A stretch of 64,000 bases of DNA, from positions 211,755-275,754 of the forward strand of contig OZ246408.1 of NCBI GenBank assembly GCA_965231015.1, read 5' to 3'. The notes under the pieces are model-generated. The model did no database searches, was not told where the DNA came from, and worked only from the letters and a program-made list of their open reading frames with translations. The translations under genes and the position numbers were made by a program. Source of the DNA: an uncultured Gammaproteobacteria bacterium. Its GTDB lineage: Bacteria > Patescibacteriota > Patescibacteriia > UBA9934 > CAZDDW01. Positions 45,092 through 55,119 of this stretch are shown here, in pieces. Each line of letters begins with the position of its first letter. Positions within the stretch are counted from its first letter, which is position 1.

Positions 45092-47143
45092 ATGATTTTT
45101 CTCGACAACAAAGTAACAACTTTACCTGGAATTGGGCCGGTAGTGGCCAAGGATTTTAAGAAACTTGAAATTATCACCATTCGAGATCTTTTGTTGTATT
45201 TTCCGTTTCGGTATGAAGATTTGTCAAAAGTTAGCTCGATTGAGGATTTGGTCCCCGATGAAGTAGCGACCGTGCAGGGTCGGGTGGTAAATATGAAAGC
45301 GCGGCGTTCGTCTCGGAAACGGATGATGCTGACCGAGGGAATCGTGGAGGATGATACTGGTCGAATAAAAGTTGTCTGGTTTAATCAGCCATACTTGGCT
45401 AAGAGTTTTCGTCCCGGAATCCAGGTGTCATTATCTGGGCGGGTTGATGATAAATATGGTTTGTCACTTGTGAATCCGATTTATGAGATTTTGAAGTCGA
45501 ACGAGACCGTGCATACGGGTCGCATCGTTCCCGTGTATCCGCTTACCGGATCGTTAACTGGCAAACGGCTTCGGAACGCGATTCATACGTCTTTGAAAGC
45601 GGCAGGACAAATGGAGGACTGGTTACCCGATGAGTTGCTCGACAACGAGGACTTTTTAGATTTACCAACCTCGATTAGAACGATTCATTATCCGAGTGTC
45701 CTAGAAGAGCTCGAAGCGGCTATCCGACGGATGAAGTTTGATGAACTGTTTTTGCATCAACTAATGTTTGCTCGGGCTCGTGAGGAACAAGCAAGCTTGC
45801 CAGCCCATGCAATGAATAGAGATAAGAAGGCCGAAAATAGGTTTAAGAAATCGTTTCCGTTTGATTTAACCAAGGCCCAGGATCGCTCAGTGGACGAGAT
45901 TCTTAATGATCTTACTCATGACAATCCCATGAACCGATTACTCGAAGGAGACGTTGGTTCAGGTAAGAGTGCGGTAGCGGCGTGTGCTTTGGAAGCTTGT
46001 GCCCGAGCAATGTTTCAGGCAGCATATTTAGCCCCGACCGAGATATTGGCCAAGCAACAGTATGAAGAAATGAAAAAGGTGCTATCTGACTATCGAGTTG
46101 CTTTGCTCACTAGATCAGAATTTCGAATCTCAGATTCAGATCAAGTATCCAAGGATGAAATAAAAGATGAGTTGAGCTCGGGTAAAATTGATGTTGTAGT
46201 AGCAACCCATGCATTACTCCAAGATGGATACAAGTTTTCAAAACTTGGTCTACTCGTGATTGATGAGCAGCACCGGTTTGGGGTTAAGCAACGTCAGGAG
46301 TTGATTGCGCGATCAGGTGATACTGCACCGCATTTGCTTTCAATGTCAGCCACGCCAATTCCTCGTTCGCTCGCCTTGTCGGTTTACGGGGACTTAGATC
46401 TATCAATTTTGGATGAGCTTCCCGCAGGGCGAAAACCAATCGATACTAAGATTGTGACCAGTAAAAACATGTCGAGCGCCATCAAGCTCATGGATGTCTC
46501 GATTAAAAATGGTCAGCAGGTTTACGCGGTATGTCCTTTGATCGATCCATCCGACAAACTTGGAGCTACTTCTGTAACTGAGTTTTCGGACGAATTGAAA
46601 TCTGGACCGCTCAAGAAGCACCGCATCGAGATTTTGCATGGCAAGCTCAAAACCGCAGATAAGCAGGATGTAATTGATCGGTTTGTGGCCGGAGCAATCG
46701 ACATCCTGGTCTCGACCACTGTGGTTGAAGTCGGGGTGAACGTCCCAAATGCCACAGTGATGTATATCGAGGGGGCTGATCGGTTCGGGTTGGCACAGTT
46801 GCACCAGCTCCGCGGTCGGGTGGGACGGTCAGATTTGAAATCGTTCTGTCTTTTGCATACCGAATCGTCCTCGGGAAAAGCACCCGAGCGTTTAGAGGCC
46901 ATGGTAAAAAGCCAAGATGGTTTTGAGTTGGCTGAGAAAGATCTCGAACTTCGCGGGGCAGGGAATATTTTTGGCACCGCTCAATCTGGTTTTGCTGACT
47001 TTAAACTCGCGACTTTGGCTGACGTGGACATAATGAAAAAAGCCCGGGATTGGGCTCAAAAAGTAATGAATAAAGGTTTGAAGAAGTACCCTGGAATATC
47101 AGATCGACTGGAAGCAGAATATCACGAAGTTCATTTTGAATAA
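45092..47143 (+). CDS. recG: ATP-dependent DNA helicase RecG
   Basis: N-terminal wedge domain; helicase motifs GDVGSGKS, DEQHRFG, TATPIPRSL, HQLRGRVGR. Confidence 0.85.
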   Translation: MIFLDNKVTTLPGIGPVVAKDFKKLEIITIRDLLLYFPFRYEDLSKVSSIEDLVPDEVATVQGRVVNMKARRSSRKRMMLTEGIVEDDTGRIKVVWFNQPYLAKSFRPGIQVSLSGRVDDKYGLSLVNPIYEILKSNETVHTGRIVPVYPLTGSLTGKRLRNAIHTSLKAAGQMEDWLPDELLDNEDFLDLPTSIRTIHYPSVLEELEAAIRRMKFDELFLHQLMFARAREEQASLPAHAMNRDKKAENRFKKSFPFDLTKAQDRSVDEILNDLTHDNPMNRLLEGDVGSGKSAVAACALEACARAMFQAAYLAPTEILAKQQYEEMKKVLSDYRVALLTRSEFRISDSDQVSKDEIKDELSSGKIDVVVATHALLQDGYKFSKLGLLVIDEQHRFGVKQRQELIARSGDTAPHLLSMSATPIPRSLALSVYGDLDLSILDELPAGRKPIDTKIVTSKNMSSAIKLMDVSIKNGQQVYAVCPLIDPSDKLGATSVTEFSDELKSGPLKKHRIEILHGKLKTADKQDVIDRFVAGAIDILVSTTVVEVGVNVPNATVMYIEGADRFGLAQLHQLRGRVGRSDLKSFCLLHTESSSGKAPERLEAMVKSQDGFELAEKDLELRGAGNIFGTAQSGFADFKLATLADVDIMKKARDWAQKVMNKGLKKYPGISDRLEAEYHEVHFE

Positions 47144-48460
47144 TTAAAGTTCGGAAACAGTTTTTATGGCTCGGGTTTCAAAATCCGGGATTTTTGTTTT
47201 TGTTCGTTCTGGAATCCAGACTGCGTTCATACCAAGTCGAGCAGCTTCTTTGAGTCGACGTTCAGCAAAAGACACACTCCGCACTTCACCACCCAAACCA
47301 ACCTCACCAAAAATAATGGTTCCAGGTTCGACTTGCTGATTTTTTACCGCTCCAACAATAGCCGCAGCTACTGCCAGGTCGGCGGCCGGTTCGTCTAAGC
47401 TCAGTCCACCAATCACGTTAATGAATACGTCTGACTCACTAAGTTTTAATCCGGCTCGTTTAGATAATATGGCGCAGAGCATCTGTAGCCGGTTGGTGTC
47501 GAACCCAGAAGCCTTACGCACCGGAGTTCCATAAAAAGATTTATCAACTAAAGCCTGAACTTCAACAAGGAAGACTCGTGACCCCTCGACAGTGGCAGTG
47601 ACGACTGAACCCGGAGAGTTGCTACGCTCGGCTAAAAATCGTTCGGATGGATTTTCAATGGCGACCAAGCCGAGTTCATTCATTTCAAACACGCCAATCT
47701 CATCGGCAGAACCAAATCGGTTTTTGGTGGCGCGTAGAATACGCGTGGCATGCACAGGGTCGCCTTCTAAACTTAAAACCACGTCCACCAAATGTTCAAG
47801 AGTCTTGGGTCCGGCCACAGATCCGTCTTTAGTTACTTGTCCAACAATCAAAATCGGTAGGTCATTTTTTTTGGCGAGCTCTACGAGCATAGCTGTGGCT
47901 GCCCGGACCATGTTAGGCAAACCAGCCGTACTTTCGATCTCACTCGAGGTCAATGTTTGAGCTGAATCAACAATGAGTAGAGCCGGCATGGCTTTTTGAG
48001 CGGTAGCCACGACTCGTCCGACATCGGTTTCTCCAAGGTAGGCGATTTGGTCGGGTTTTATTGAGAGCCGCTGCAAACGTCCGGCCAATTGTCCGGCTGA
48101 CTCTTCACCGGAAGCATATATTATTTGTCCGGACATCTGGCCGGCAATTTGAGCAACGAGCGTTGACTTACCGATTCCCGGTTCACCGGCAATTAAAACT
48201 ACGGCTCCGGGCATAATTCCGCCTCCAAGAACACGATCTACTTCAGAAATTCCGGTCGCAGATCTGACTTGTGAGCTCGAGTCAATGGTCAAGGATTCCA
48301 GATCGCCGGGCGAATAGCCATTCGCTCCTACGCCTTTTTTCTTCTTCAAAGACAAAGCCGGTGCGGAATCATCCTCCCGCACCGTGCCCCAGGCCCCACA
48401 TTCGGTACATCGCCCGGCCCACTTAGCAAATTGTGCGTCACATTTTGAACAACAGAACAT
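47144..48460 (-). CDS. radA: DNA repair protein RadA/Sms
   Basis: N-terminal C4 zinc finger CSKCDAQFAKWAGRCTECGAW; RecA-like Walker A GEPGIGKST; KNRFG motif; Lon-like C-terminal domain. Confidence 0.85.
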   Translation of the reverse strand: MFCCSKCDAQFAKWAGRCTECGAWGTVREDDSAPALSLKKKKGVGANGYSPGDLESLTIDSSSQVRSATGISEVDRVLGGGIMPGAVVLIAGEPGIGKSTLVAQIAGQMSGQIIYASGEESAGQLAGRLQRLSIKPDQIAYLGETDVGRVVATAQKAMPALLIVDSAQTLTSSEIESTAGLPNMVRAATAMLVELAKKNDLPILIVGQVTKDGSVAGPKTLEHLVDVVLSLEGDPVHATRILRATKNRFGSADEIGVFEMNELGLVAIENPSERFLAERSNSPGSVVTATVEGSRVFLVEVQALVDKSFYGTPVRKASGFDTNRLQMLCAILSKRAGLKLSESDVFINVIGGLSLDEPAADLAVAAAIVGAVKNQQVEPGTIIFGEVGLGGEVRSVSFAERRLKEAARLGMNAVWIPERTKTKIPDFETRAIKTVSEL

Positions 48461-48463
48461 AAG

Positions 48464-49786
48464 CTAATTACATGGTGGAGCGGTATAACATGATTGAGTA
48501 GTGTTGTTTCCCGGTGTTGTTTGGAAATGCCAAATTTCTCCAGTGTAACGCAACCAACCGGCACTGTACATAATTTCTGCCAGTAAACGAACTGCTTCCG
48601 GATCAGCACTTGATTGACTACTATAGGAAACATTCCAAGAAAGATCTCCATCGCTGTCGCGGTATTTGATATCGACTGCAGTACCGGTTCCGTGAGCAGA
48701 AGTGCCTGGCCAAGCCACGGCTGAAGGAACTCCGCTCATATTTTTACAAGCCAATTCAAGTTGTCTGGCCAATGATCGGTAGGTTCCTATCACTACCAAG
48801 GTGACATTTTCTTCGCGTGCTCGATCTGCAGCTTGCAACAAAGCATCCAACGCGTCAGGGGTTAAGTAATGACCGGCCGAGGCTTCGAGTCCTGGGTAAT
48901 CCGTTGGCACAGATTCAAGCTCACTTGGACTGGTCATGCCTTCAGTTTTTAGACCCGGAACAAGTGCTTCTAAAGCATCAGTATCGGTTCCGTTAGCTGT
49001 ATCGTTGCAAAAATCTCGGCACTCATCGTGGGTGCTACACAATTTTGAGGCTCCGGAAGAATAGGTGGCGTCATATTCCTCTTCGTTTTGGATGGGTTGA
49101 AAGGGAACATTTCTTACAGACAGGGTTTCAAAACTGGTTAAGCCAGGCGAGACAGTGTTTAAGATAACGTAACTTCCAAGCAAAATAACAAAACCGATTA
49201 CAGCCGACCTGATGCGTTCTTTAGCCTTTTGTACCTCCCCGGTGCCCTTACCGATCATGTACTGAACCCCACCGATCATAATCACCACGGTGGCCACAAT
49301 TACCCCAGCCCCAATCAACCATGTGTACCAAGCGTTAACATATTCACCCAGCAGATTGATTTTTAAGTTGTCACCCTCTTGTAAAATTTCAGAAAAACTG
49401 AAGTTGGGAATCTCAACGTTTAAGATAGGGATAATCGGCGGGGCGAGCGGAGGTGCTTCTTCTGTGATTTTGTTTAGTGCGACTAGAGCAGCATCAGCTT
49501 GGTCATTAGTGTATTCACATGCTGCTTCTTGTTCATCTAGATCAGCTTGTTGGGGCCATAAATAAGTTAAAGGGTCATACTTGTCTCCGTAATAGGTTTG
49601 ACAAATGCTTTTACATTCAGCATCGTCTGAAATATTTTGTTGTGTTTTTATGGATAAAGGAAAACACTGAAGAACCTCCTGGTCATTAACATAACAGAAA
49701 CATTGGCTGGAATCATAAGCAAAAACAAAAGCCGGTAAAATGATTCCTGTCAGCAGGATTAGACCGATGATGAATTTATTCTTCAT
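48464..49786 (-). CDS. secreted Cys-rich protein fusing a VirB2/TrbC pilin-like membrane hairpin to a C-terminal M15 (VanY-like D,D-carboxypeptidase) domain
   Basis: Signal peptide; WLIGAGVIVATVVIMIGGVQYMIGKGTGEVQKAKERIRSAVIGFVILLGSYVIL (two hydrophobic helices around a charged loop); M15 motifs TYRSLARQ, SAHGTGTAVDI, EIWHF. Confidence 0.55.
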   Translation of the reverse strand: MKNKFIIGLILLTGIILPAFVFAYDSSQCFCYVNDQEVLQCFPLSIKTQQNISDDAECKSICQTYYGDKYDPLTYLWPQQADLDEQEAACEYTNDQADAALVALNKITEEAPPLAPPIIPILNVEIPNFSFSEILQEGDNLKINLLGEYVNAWYTWLIGAGVIVATVVIMIGGVQYMIGKGTGEVQKAKERIRSAVIGFVILLGSYVILNTVSPGLTSFETLSVRNVPFQPIQNEEEYDATYSSGASKLCSTHDECRDFCNDTANGTDTDALEALVPGLKTEGMTSPSELESVPTDYPGLEASAGHYLTPDALDALLQAADRAREENVTLVVIGTYRSLARQLELACKNMSGVPSAVAWPGTSAHGTGTAVDIKYRDSDGDLSWNVSYSSQSSADPEAVRLLAEIMYSAGWLRYTGEIWHFQTTPGNNTTQSCYTAPPCN

Positions 49787-50441
49787 AACGAGTCAGTTCA
49801 AGTAATAATTCACGGACGCGTAATTCGAGTTCAGTTGTCGTCATAGAGCCGGTGTAAGAGAATTCATTGATGAAGATGGTTGGAGTAGCGACTAGATTCA
49901 AACGTAGAGCTTCTTCATAAGTGCGTTGTACAAGGGGCAAAGTTTCATTGTTTTCGTAACACTCTGAAAAAGCCTCTCTGTCAAGTTCCAGATAGTCAGC
50001 TAAGCTGTAAAAAAAGTTACGGCTGATTTGATTTTGATTTGCGTACAAAAGGTCATGGTATTCCCAAAATTTACCCTGGTTGCCCGCGCAGTATGAAGCT
50101 ACAGCGGCCGGAGTAGCCATTTCATTGGCTCCATCGTTCGGGACGGCTTTGTAAATATGCCGAACATCGTTAGGTAATAGCTGTTGAATGTAGAGAATAG
50201 ATTCAGCCATTTCTTGGCAAGCCGAACAAGTAAAATCGGTATATTCAACAATAGTGATGGTGGCGTCAGTTGGACCACGAGACGGATCAATGTAGGTGAT
50301 CACCGGTTCGCTAAGGATTGTCTGATCCTCTTCTGAATCATTAGAAGTTTGAGGTGGGCGAGTGGCTATGTAGAAACTAGCCAAGACTAAACCGGTTAAA
50401 ATCAGTACAGCTACCCAGGCAATAATGCGTTTGTGTCCCAT
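49776..50441 (-). CDS. DsbA-like thiol:disulfide oxidoreductase, membrane anchored
   Basis: N-terminal TM; thioredoxin CxxC motif FTCSACQ. Confidence 0.65.
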   Translation of the reverse strand: MGHKRIIAWVAVLILTGLVLASFYIATRPPQTSNDSEEDQTILSEPVITYIDPSRGPTDATITIVEYTDFTCSACQEMAESILYIQQLLPNDVRHIYKAVPNDGANEMATPAAVASYCAGNQGKFWEYHDLLYANQNQISRNFFYSLADYLELDREAFSECYENNETLPLVQRTYEEALRLNLVATPTIFINEFSYTGSMTTTELELRVRELLLELTRYEE

Positions 50442-50442
50442 A

Positions 50443-51669
50443 TTAATTAAGTCTGATCATTTTTAAGACTCCGCTAGCGTTAGTGTAATAAAGAACTGAA
50501 CCATCATCAGAAACGGTTAAGTTGCTCATGCTGTCATTACTTTCTGGGATGGCAAGCAGGCTGTTAGTTCCCGTGTTCAGATTGACCTCGTAGACATAGT
50601 CATAGGTGCTGTTGGCTAGTTCGGGTTGCAATCCTGAATTTGATGGCAGGTTTTGTGGCACAGCACAAATGACAGTATCGTTATCGATAAAAGTGCATTT
50701 ATTGACCCAGGTTTGCAAGCCAAGATTTTGGCGGTTGTTGCCGATATTGTCGCCATCACCATCAGTGACCCAAAGATTTGGTTGATAATTACTTGTTTCT
50801 CCGGATACTGAGTATAGGATTTTATCGCCTCGGGGTGACCAGATTGATTCAAAACCAAGTCCTTCCACAATTAAACCTTTGTAGTTCTCCTCGTTTTTAC
50901 CGATTGGTAAAATCATGTTTCGAGAAAATCCGCTTTGTGTTGGACCGGTGTTTGAAAAGGCTACTACCTGATCATTCGGAGACCAGTTTACTTGTACTTT
51001 GTCCTCGTTCTGACCAAGTGCGGCAATGGTTTCCGTGCGCGTACCATCTTCACTTGTGATTACGAGCCAACGGTTATTTGGATCAGTTCCCAAACTTTTT
51101 GCAATTATTTCACTACTGTTCGGACTGAAATCAAAATCCTCCCAGTGTTCTGGTAGGGTGACCTGATTTCCGGTGTTAAAGTTGTAAACAATGTTAGACC
51201 CGTCCGGGAATTCCAAAATCGCCTTTTCTCCTTCGCTAGACCAGGTAACGTTTTCTACCTCCGGAAATGAAGTTTGACTAATTGTAGAAACGGTTCCGTC
51301 CTCGTTAATTTTGTAAAACAATCCATCATGTTCGTTGTAAAAATTTACACTGTCACCATCCGGATTGATGTTGGGAGAAGAGATGGCTCCAGCACTAAGC
51401 GAGGTAGTGGCCGTTAAACCACCATCAGCAACATCTGAAACCGGCAGGCCTGTCCCAGCTCCGTCTTCAGTTGGAGTGATGGTCGTTGGGACTCCTTCTT
51501 GAGCAGTTGGAAAAGTTCCTGTTCCAACACCTTCTTCCTCTGTTTCTGTTTCTTCGTCCGGTGGGCGTACATCCCCACGAAAAAAGACAATATACAGAGC
51601 AGCACCGATTACAATGGTTATTACCACGAAAAGTATAGCGTATAAAATTCTTTTTGTTCGTTCATTCAT
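50443..51669 (-). CDS. membrane-anchored TolB-like beta-propeller (PD40/WD40-like repeat) protein
   Basis: N-terminal TM; repeated WS[PS]xG motifs (WSSEGEKA, FSPNSSEI, WSPNDQVVAF, WSPRGDKILYS). Confidence 0.5.
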   Translation of the reverse strand: MNERTKRILYAILFVVITIVIGAALYIVFFRGDVRPPDEETETEEEGVGTGTFPTAQEGVPTTITPTEDGAGTGLPVSDVADGGLTATTSLSAGAISSPNINPDGDSVNFYNEHDGLFYKINEDGTVSTISQTSFPEVENVTWSSEGEKAILEFPDGSNIVYNFNTGNQVTLPEHWEDFDFSPNSSEIIAKSLGTDPNNRWLVITSEDGTRTETIAALGQNEDKVQVNWSPNDQVVAFSNTGPTQSGFSRNMILPIGKNEENYKGLIVEGLGFESIWSPRGDKILYSVSGETSNYQPNLWVTDGDGDNIGNNRQNLGLQTWVNKCTFIDNDTVICAVPQNLPSNSGLQPELANSTYDYVYEVNLNTGTNSLLAIPESNDSMSNLTVSDDGSVLYYTNASGVLKMIRLN

Positions 51670-51674
51670 ATGGG

Positions 51675-52532
51675 TTATAAGGCAATTTGGCCAACAAGGT
51701 TTAAAAGGGTCATACGAAGGTCATGGGGAAGAATTTGGGTGGCCGCCTCGTAGGGGTTTGAAAAAACAACCGCTACTACCATTCCCATGGCCCCCATGAA
51801 AGTCATAATAACTAGGGCTGCTCCAATTATAGCAAATCCGATGGCCATTTGGGGAAGTTTGTATTCAGGAACCAATTTAGCGATAATCCCCATGAAGCCT
51901 CGAGCATCTTTAAAGATGAGCGTCCTCATAAAACGGATAACCTGCCAGATGGCATTGGCAATGGTGTCAAGCCAGGCCATCCAAGCACTGGAACTCGTTG
52001 TGCCCTCAGTCCCTTCAAGCCCGGAAGCAACATAAGATTTTGTGGTTTCCATCTGCTCCTCTTTACCCTTGGCCTCAGAAATTTGACTTCGGCGTGACTG
52101 TTCAGCGGCTGTAGTGGCACCAACCTGTGCCTGCATGTTAGCTAGGTCTTGTTCAGCCTGATCTTGTTCGAGTTGAGCCTGTTCTACCGCTGCAGCTTGT
52201 TCAAGTCGGGCCTGGTTTTGAGAGTACTCCAGTTCTTCACGGCGAGCCAATTCTTGCTCATTTCGACCCTGAACATCTTGATAGCCAGATGCTTTGATTG
52301 GAGCACGTTCGGCAAAACGTCGACCGGCCTCTTCCACACGAGCAGAAGCGCGACCAGGAGCCAACCGTGCTTCCCGTAAACGCAAATTAGCTTCAAGCAT
52401 TATTTTTTGAGCCTTCTCGGCCGGGCGTTTTCCTGCGGCTTCAACTCTGGCTGCAGCTTGGGATGAGCCAATGATATTTTGCGCACGACGCTGTTCTTTG
52501 GGAGTTAAGCCAACTGCCATATCAGGAAACAA
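51675..52532 (-). CDS. coiled-coil protein with C-terminal double TM, hypothetical
   Basis: Gln/Glu/Ala-rich heptad-like N-terminal part and two C-terminal hydrophobic helices; overlaps the clpC stop by 11 nt. Confidence 0.35.
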   Translation of the reverse strand: MFPDMAVGLTPKEQRRAQNIIGSSQAAARVEAAGKRPAEKAQKIMLEANLRLREARLAPGRASARVEEAGRRFAERAPIKASGYQDVQGRNEQELARREELEYSQNQARLEQAAAVEQAQLEQDQAEQDLANMQAQVGATTAAEQSRRSQISEAKGKEEQMETTKSYVASGLEGTEGTTSSSAWMAWLDTIANAIWQVIRFMRTLIFKDARGFMGIIAKLVPEYKLPQMAIGFAIIGAALVIMTFMGAMGMVVAVVFSNPYEAATQILPHDLRMTLLNLVGQIAL

Positions 52533-55014
52533 TTATTTCATTATTTCTGACTGAAACCATGATCTCGTTTTTTAACGTTTTTTTCAAAAGGCGTTCAGCG
52601 ATCTTGGCTTCGATTACTTGGTTCATTTGTCGGCGAATTTCTCTCGCTCCAACCTTGCTATGAGCGGCTTGGTCAGCCAAAGTGTTGTAAACTTCTTCGT
52701 TGAAATTAAGTTTGATTCTTTTTGGAGTAAGCCGTTTACTAAGTTCTCGAGCCTGTTTTTTTGCAATGTCTTTCATGACACCATGTTCCAGCTTGTTAAA
52801 TAGGCTGATGTAGTCGACTCGATTGATGAGCTCCGGACGGAAACGTTCTTCAAGTTCGGTTTTGATATCACTAATCAAATTATCCTGGCTCATGCTGGTT
52901 CCACCTTCAAAACCAATCCCTCCGGATTCGAAACGTTCTAGTCCTACGTTTGAAGTGAGAACTACAATTGTGTTGCGGAAATTAATAACTCGGCCGGTGG
53001 CATCGGTGATTTCACCATTTTCTAAAATTTGTAAAAGCAGATTTTGTACGTCCGGATGAGCTTTTTCCAGCTCGTCAAAAAGAACCACTGAATAGGGTCG
53101 CTCTTTGACCCGGTCAGTCAGCCGGGCTCCTTCTCGGTAGCCAACGTACCCAGCCGGGGAACCAATGAGTTTTGAAACAGTAAAGCCTTCAGCATATTCG
53201 GACATGTCAAGCCGCACCAGGGCATCGGCTTCTTGAAAGACTTCGCGTGCCAGGGCTTTGGCCAGCTCTGTTTTACCAACCCCGGATGGACCAAGAAACA
53301 AGAAAGAAGCGGTTGGACGTTCCGGATGATTAACGCCGGTCTTGCTACGCCGCACAGCGTCCGCAACTGCTTTAATGGCTTCGGTTTGACCAAGAACATG
53401 ATTTGAGAGTTTGCGTTCTAGTTTAGCAAGACGTTTTTCTTCGCCGCCGGTCATTTGACTAAGTGGAATTCCGGTCATGCGGGAAAGCACCTGGGCAATA
53501 TCGGTTTCAGTAACCGTGCCGTATGCCGCTTTAGCCCTTGGCTTGTCTTTTAAGTTTGAGAGTCGTTTTACAAGAATTTCTTCGTCTTCTTTGGCATGAA
53601 TGGCGTCTACAAAACGCTCCTCAATAACCGCCAACCGTTTGCGTTCGCGGATTTCGCGCAGCTCCTGTTCCAGTTCAAGCCTTTTACGGTCATCACGAGT
53701 ACCGGAGCCTGCAACTCGGCAGGCCGCAGCGGCTTCGTCAATTAAATCAATAGACTTGTCTGGTTGGTTTTTTCCGGGCAAGTACCGGTTTGAAAGTCTG
53801 ACCGCATTTTTAAGGGCTCGTTTGCTGATTTTGACCCGATGAAATTTTTCGTAGTTTTCGGCAATACCTCGTAAGATTTTATTAGTATCCTCATCGTTCG
53901 GCTCATTTATATGAACGGTTTGAAAGCGTCTTTCCAAAGCCGCATCCGGTTCGATGTTTTTTTTAAATTCGGCCGGTGTAGTAGCACCAATACAGCGAAT
54001 CTCACCACGCGCTAAAGCCGGTTTTAAAATATTGGCCGCATCCATGGATCCGGAACTGGAGCCGGCCCCGATAATGGTATGTACTTCATCTATAAATAAA
54101 ATAATGTTTGGGTTTGCTTTAACCTCATCAATTACCTGTCGCAACCGTTCTTCAAACTCACCTCGATACATGGTGCCAGCCACCACCAGCGTCATATCAA
54201 GAGCCATAATTCGTCGACCGTCTAGCACCGGCGGCACATTATGCTCCATAATTTTCTTGGCCAAGCCCTCTACGATAGCCGTTTTACCTACACCCGGTTC
54301 ACCCAAAAGAACCGGATTGTTTTTACTACGGCGGCATAAAATTTCCATTAACCGTTGGATTTCATTTTTCCGTCCGATCACAGGATCGATATTTTTTTGT
54401 TCCTGGCCACTGGTTAAATCTCGAGCAAAAAAATCTAGGGCCGGAGTTTTGGCTTCTCTGAATTCATCAGTACCAGTTTCATCATTTTCTGTAGTAAGAA
54501 TATCCAGTCCAACAGAGTCGTCAGTATCAATGGTTTCGGCAAATTCAGGAAACTTGCTGGTGCTTTTTAAAACCACGGCAATTTGTTTTTGTAAAATTGA
54601 TAAATCTACTTTTTCTTTCATCAAAAATTCGTGGACGCGAGTATTTTTAACCTGCAAGAGTCCGGCCAACAAGTGTTCTGTCCCCACATAGCGATGCTCA
54701 TAAATATTTGCCGTCAGTACCGCTTTTTCAATGATCCGTTTGCAAGAGTCTGACAGAACCGGAGATGGATTTATTTTTTTGGCTCGGTTTTGCCCATCCG
54801 TGGCAGTAGCGCCAACTAGCAGGCGAAGGCGTTCAGGTTTTATTTTAGCCTTAGTGATGATGTCGGCACCAATGCTGCCTTTTTGAGTGCCTAAAGCCCA
54901 AAGCAGGTGTTCCGGTTGAACTTCTTTTTGTTCCGCTTCCACAGCCAAAACCAGAGCGCGAGTGAGCACGTTTTTCAAATGGGTCGTGAACTTGTCAATG
55001 ATATTGGGTTGCAT
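52522..55014 (-). CDS. clpC: ClpC/ClpB-family AAA+ chaperone ATPase (two AAA modules, short middle domain)
   Basis: Clp_N repeats; Walker A GEPGVGKT and GPSGVGKT; Walker B IILFIDEVH and VVLFDELEKA. Confidence 0.85.
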   Translation of the reverse strand: MQPNIIDKFTTHLKNVLTRALVLAVEAEQKEVQPEHLLWALGTQKGSIGADIITKAKIKPERLRLLVGATATDGQNRAKKINPSPVLSDSCKRIIEKAVLTANIYEHRYVGTEHLLAGLLQVKNTRVHEFLMKEKVDLSILQKQIAVVLKSTSKFPEFAETIDTDDSVGLDILTTENDETGTDEFREAKTPALDFFARDLTSGQEQKNIDPVIGRKNEIQRLMEILCRRSKNNPVLLGEPGVGKTAIVEGLAKKIMEHNVPPVLDGRRIMALDMTLVVAGTMYRGEFEERLRQVIDEVKANPNIILFIDEVHTIIGAGSSSGSMDAANILKPALARGEIRCIGATTPAEFKKNIEPDAALERRFQTVHINEPNDEDTNKILRGIAENYEKFHRVKISKRALKNAVRLSNRYLPGKNQPDKSIDLIDEAAAACRVAGSGTRDDRKRLELEQELREIRERKRLAVIEERFVDAIHAKEDEEILVKRLSNLKDKPRAKAAYGTVTETDIAQVLSRMTGIPLSQMTGGEEKRLAKLERKLSNHVLGQTEAIKAVADAVRRSKTGVNHPERPTASFLFLGPSGVGKTELAKALAREVFQEADALVRLDMSEYAEGFTVSKLIGSPAGYVGYREGARLTDRVKERPYSVVLFDELEKAHPDVQNLLLQILENGEITDATGRVINFRNTIVVLTSNVGLERFESGGIGFEGGTSMSQDNLISDIKTELEERFRPELINRVDYISLFNKLEHGVMKDIAKKQARELSKRLTPKRIKLNFNEEVYNTLADQAAHSKVGAREIRRQMNQVIEAKIAERLLKKTLKNEIMVSVRNNEIIVS

Positions 55015-55119
55015 GTTAAATTTTCAATTGTACAATCTCCAATTTTCATTGAATGATCAATTTGATAATTGTCAATTGTAAATTCATTCGAAAATTGAGC
55101 CTTAAACATTGAAAATATC

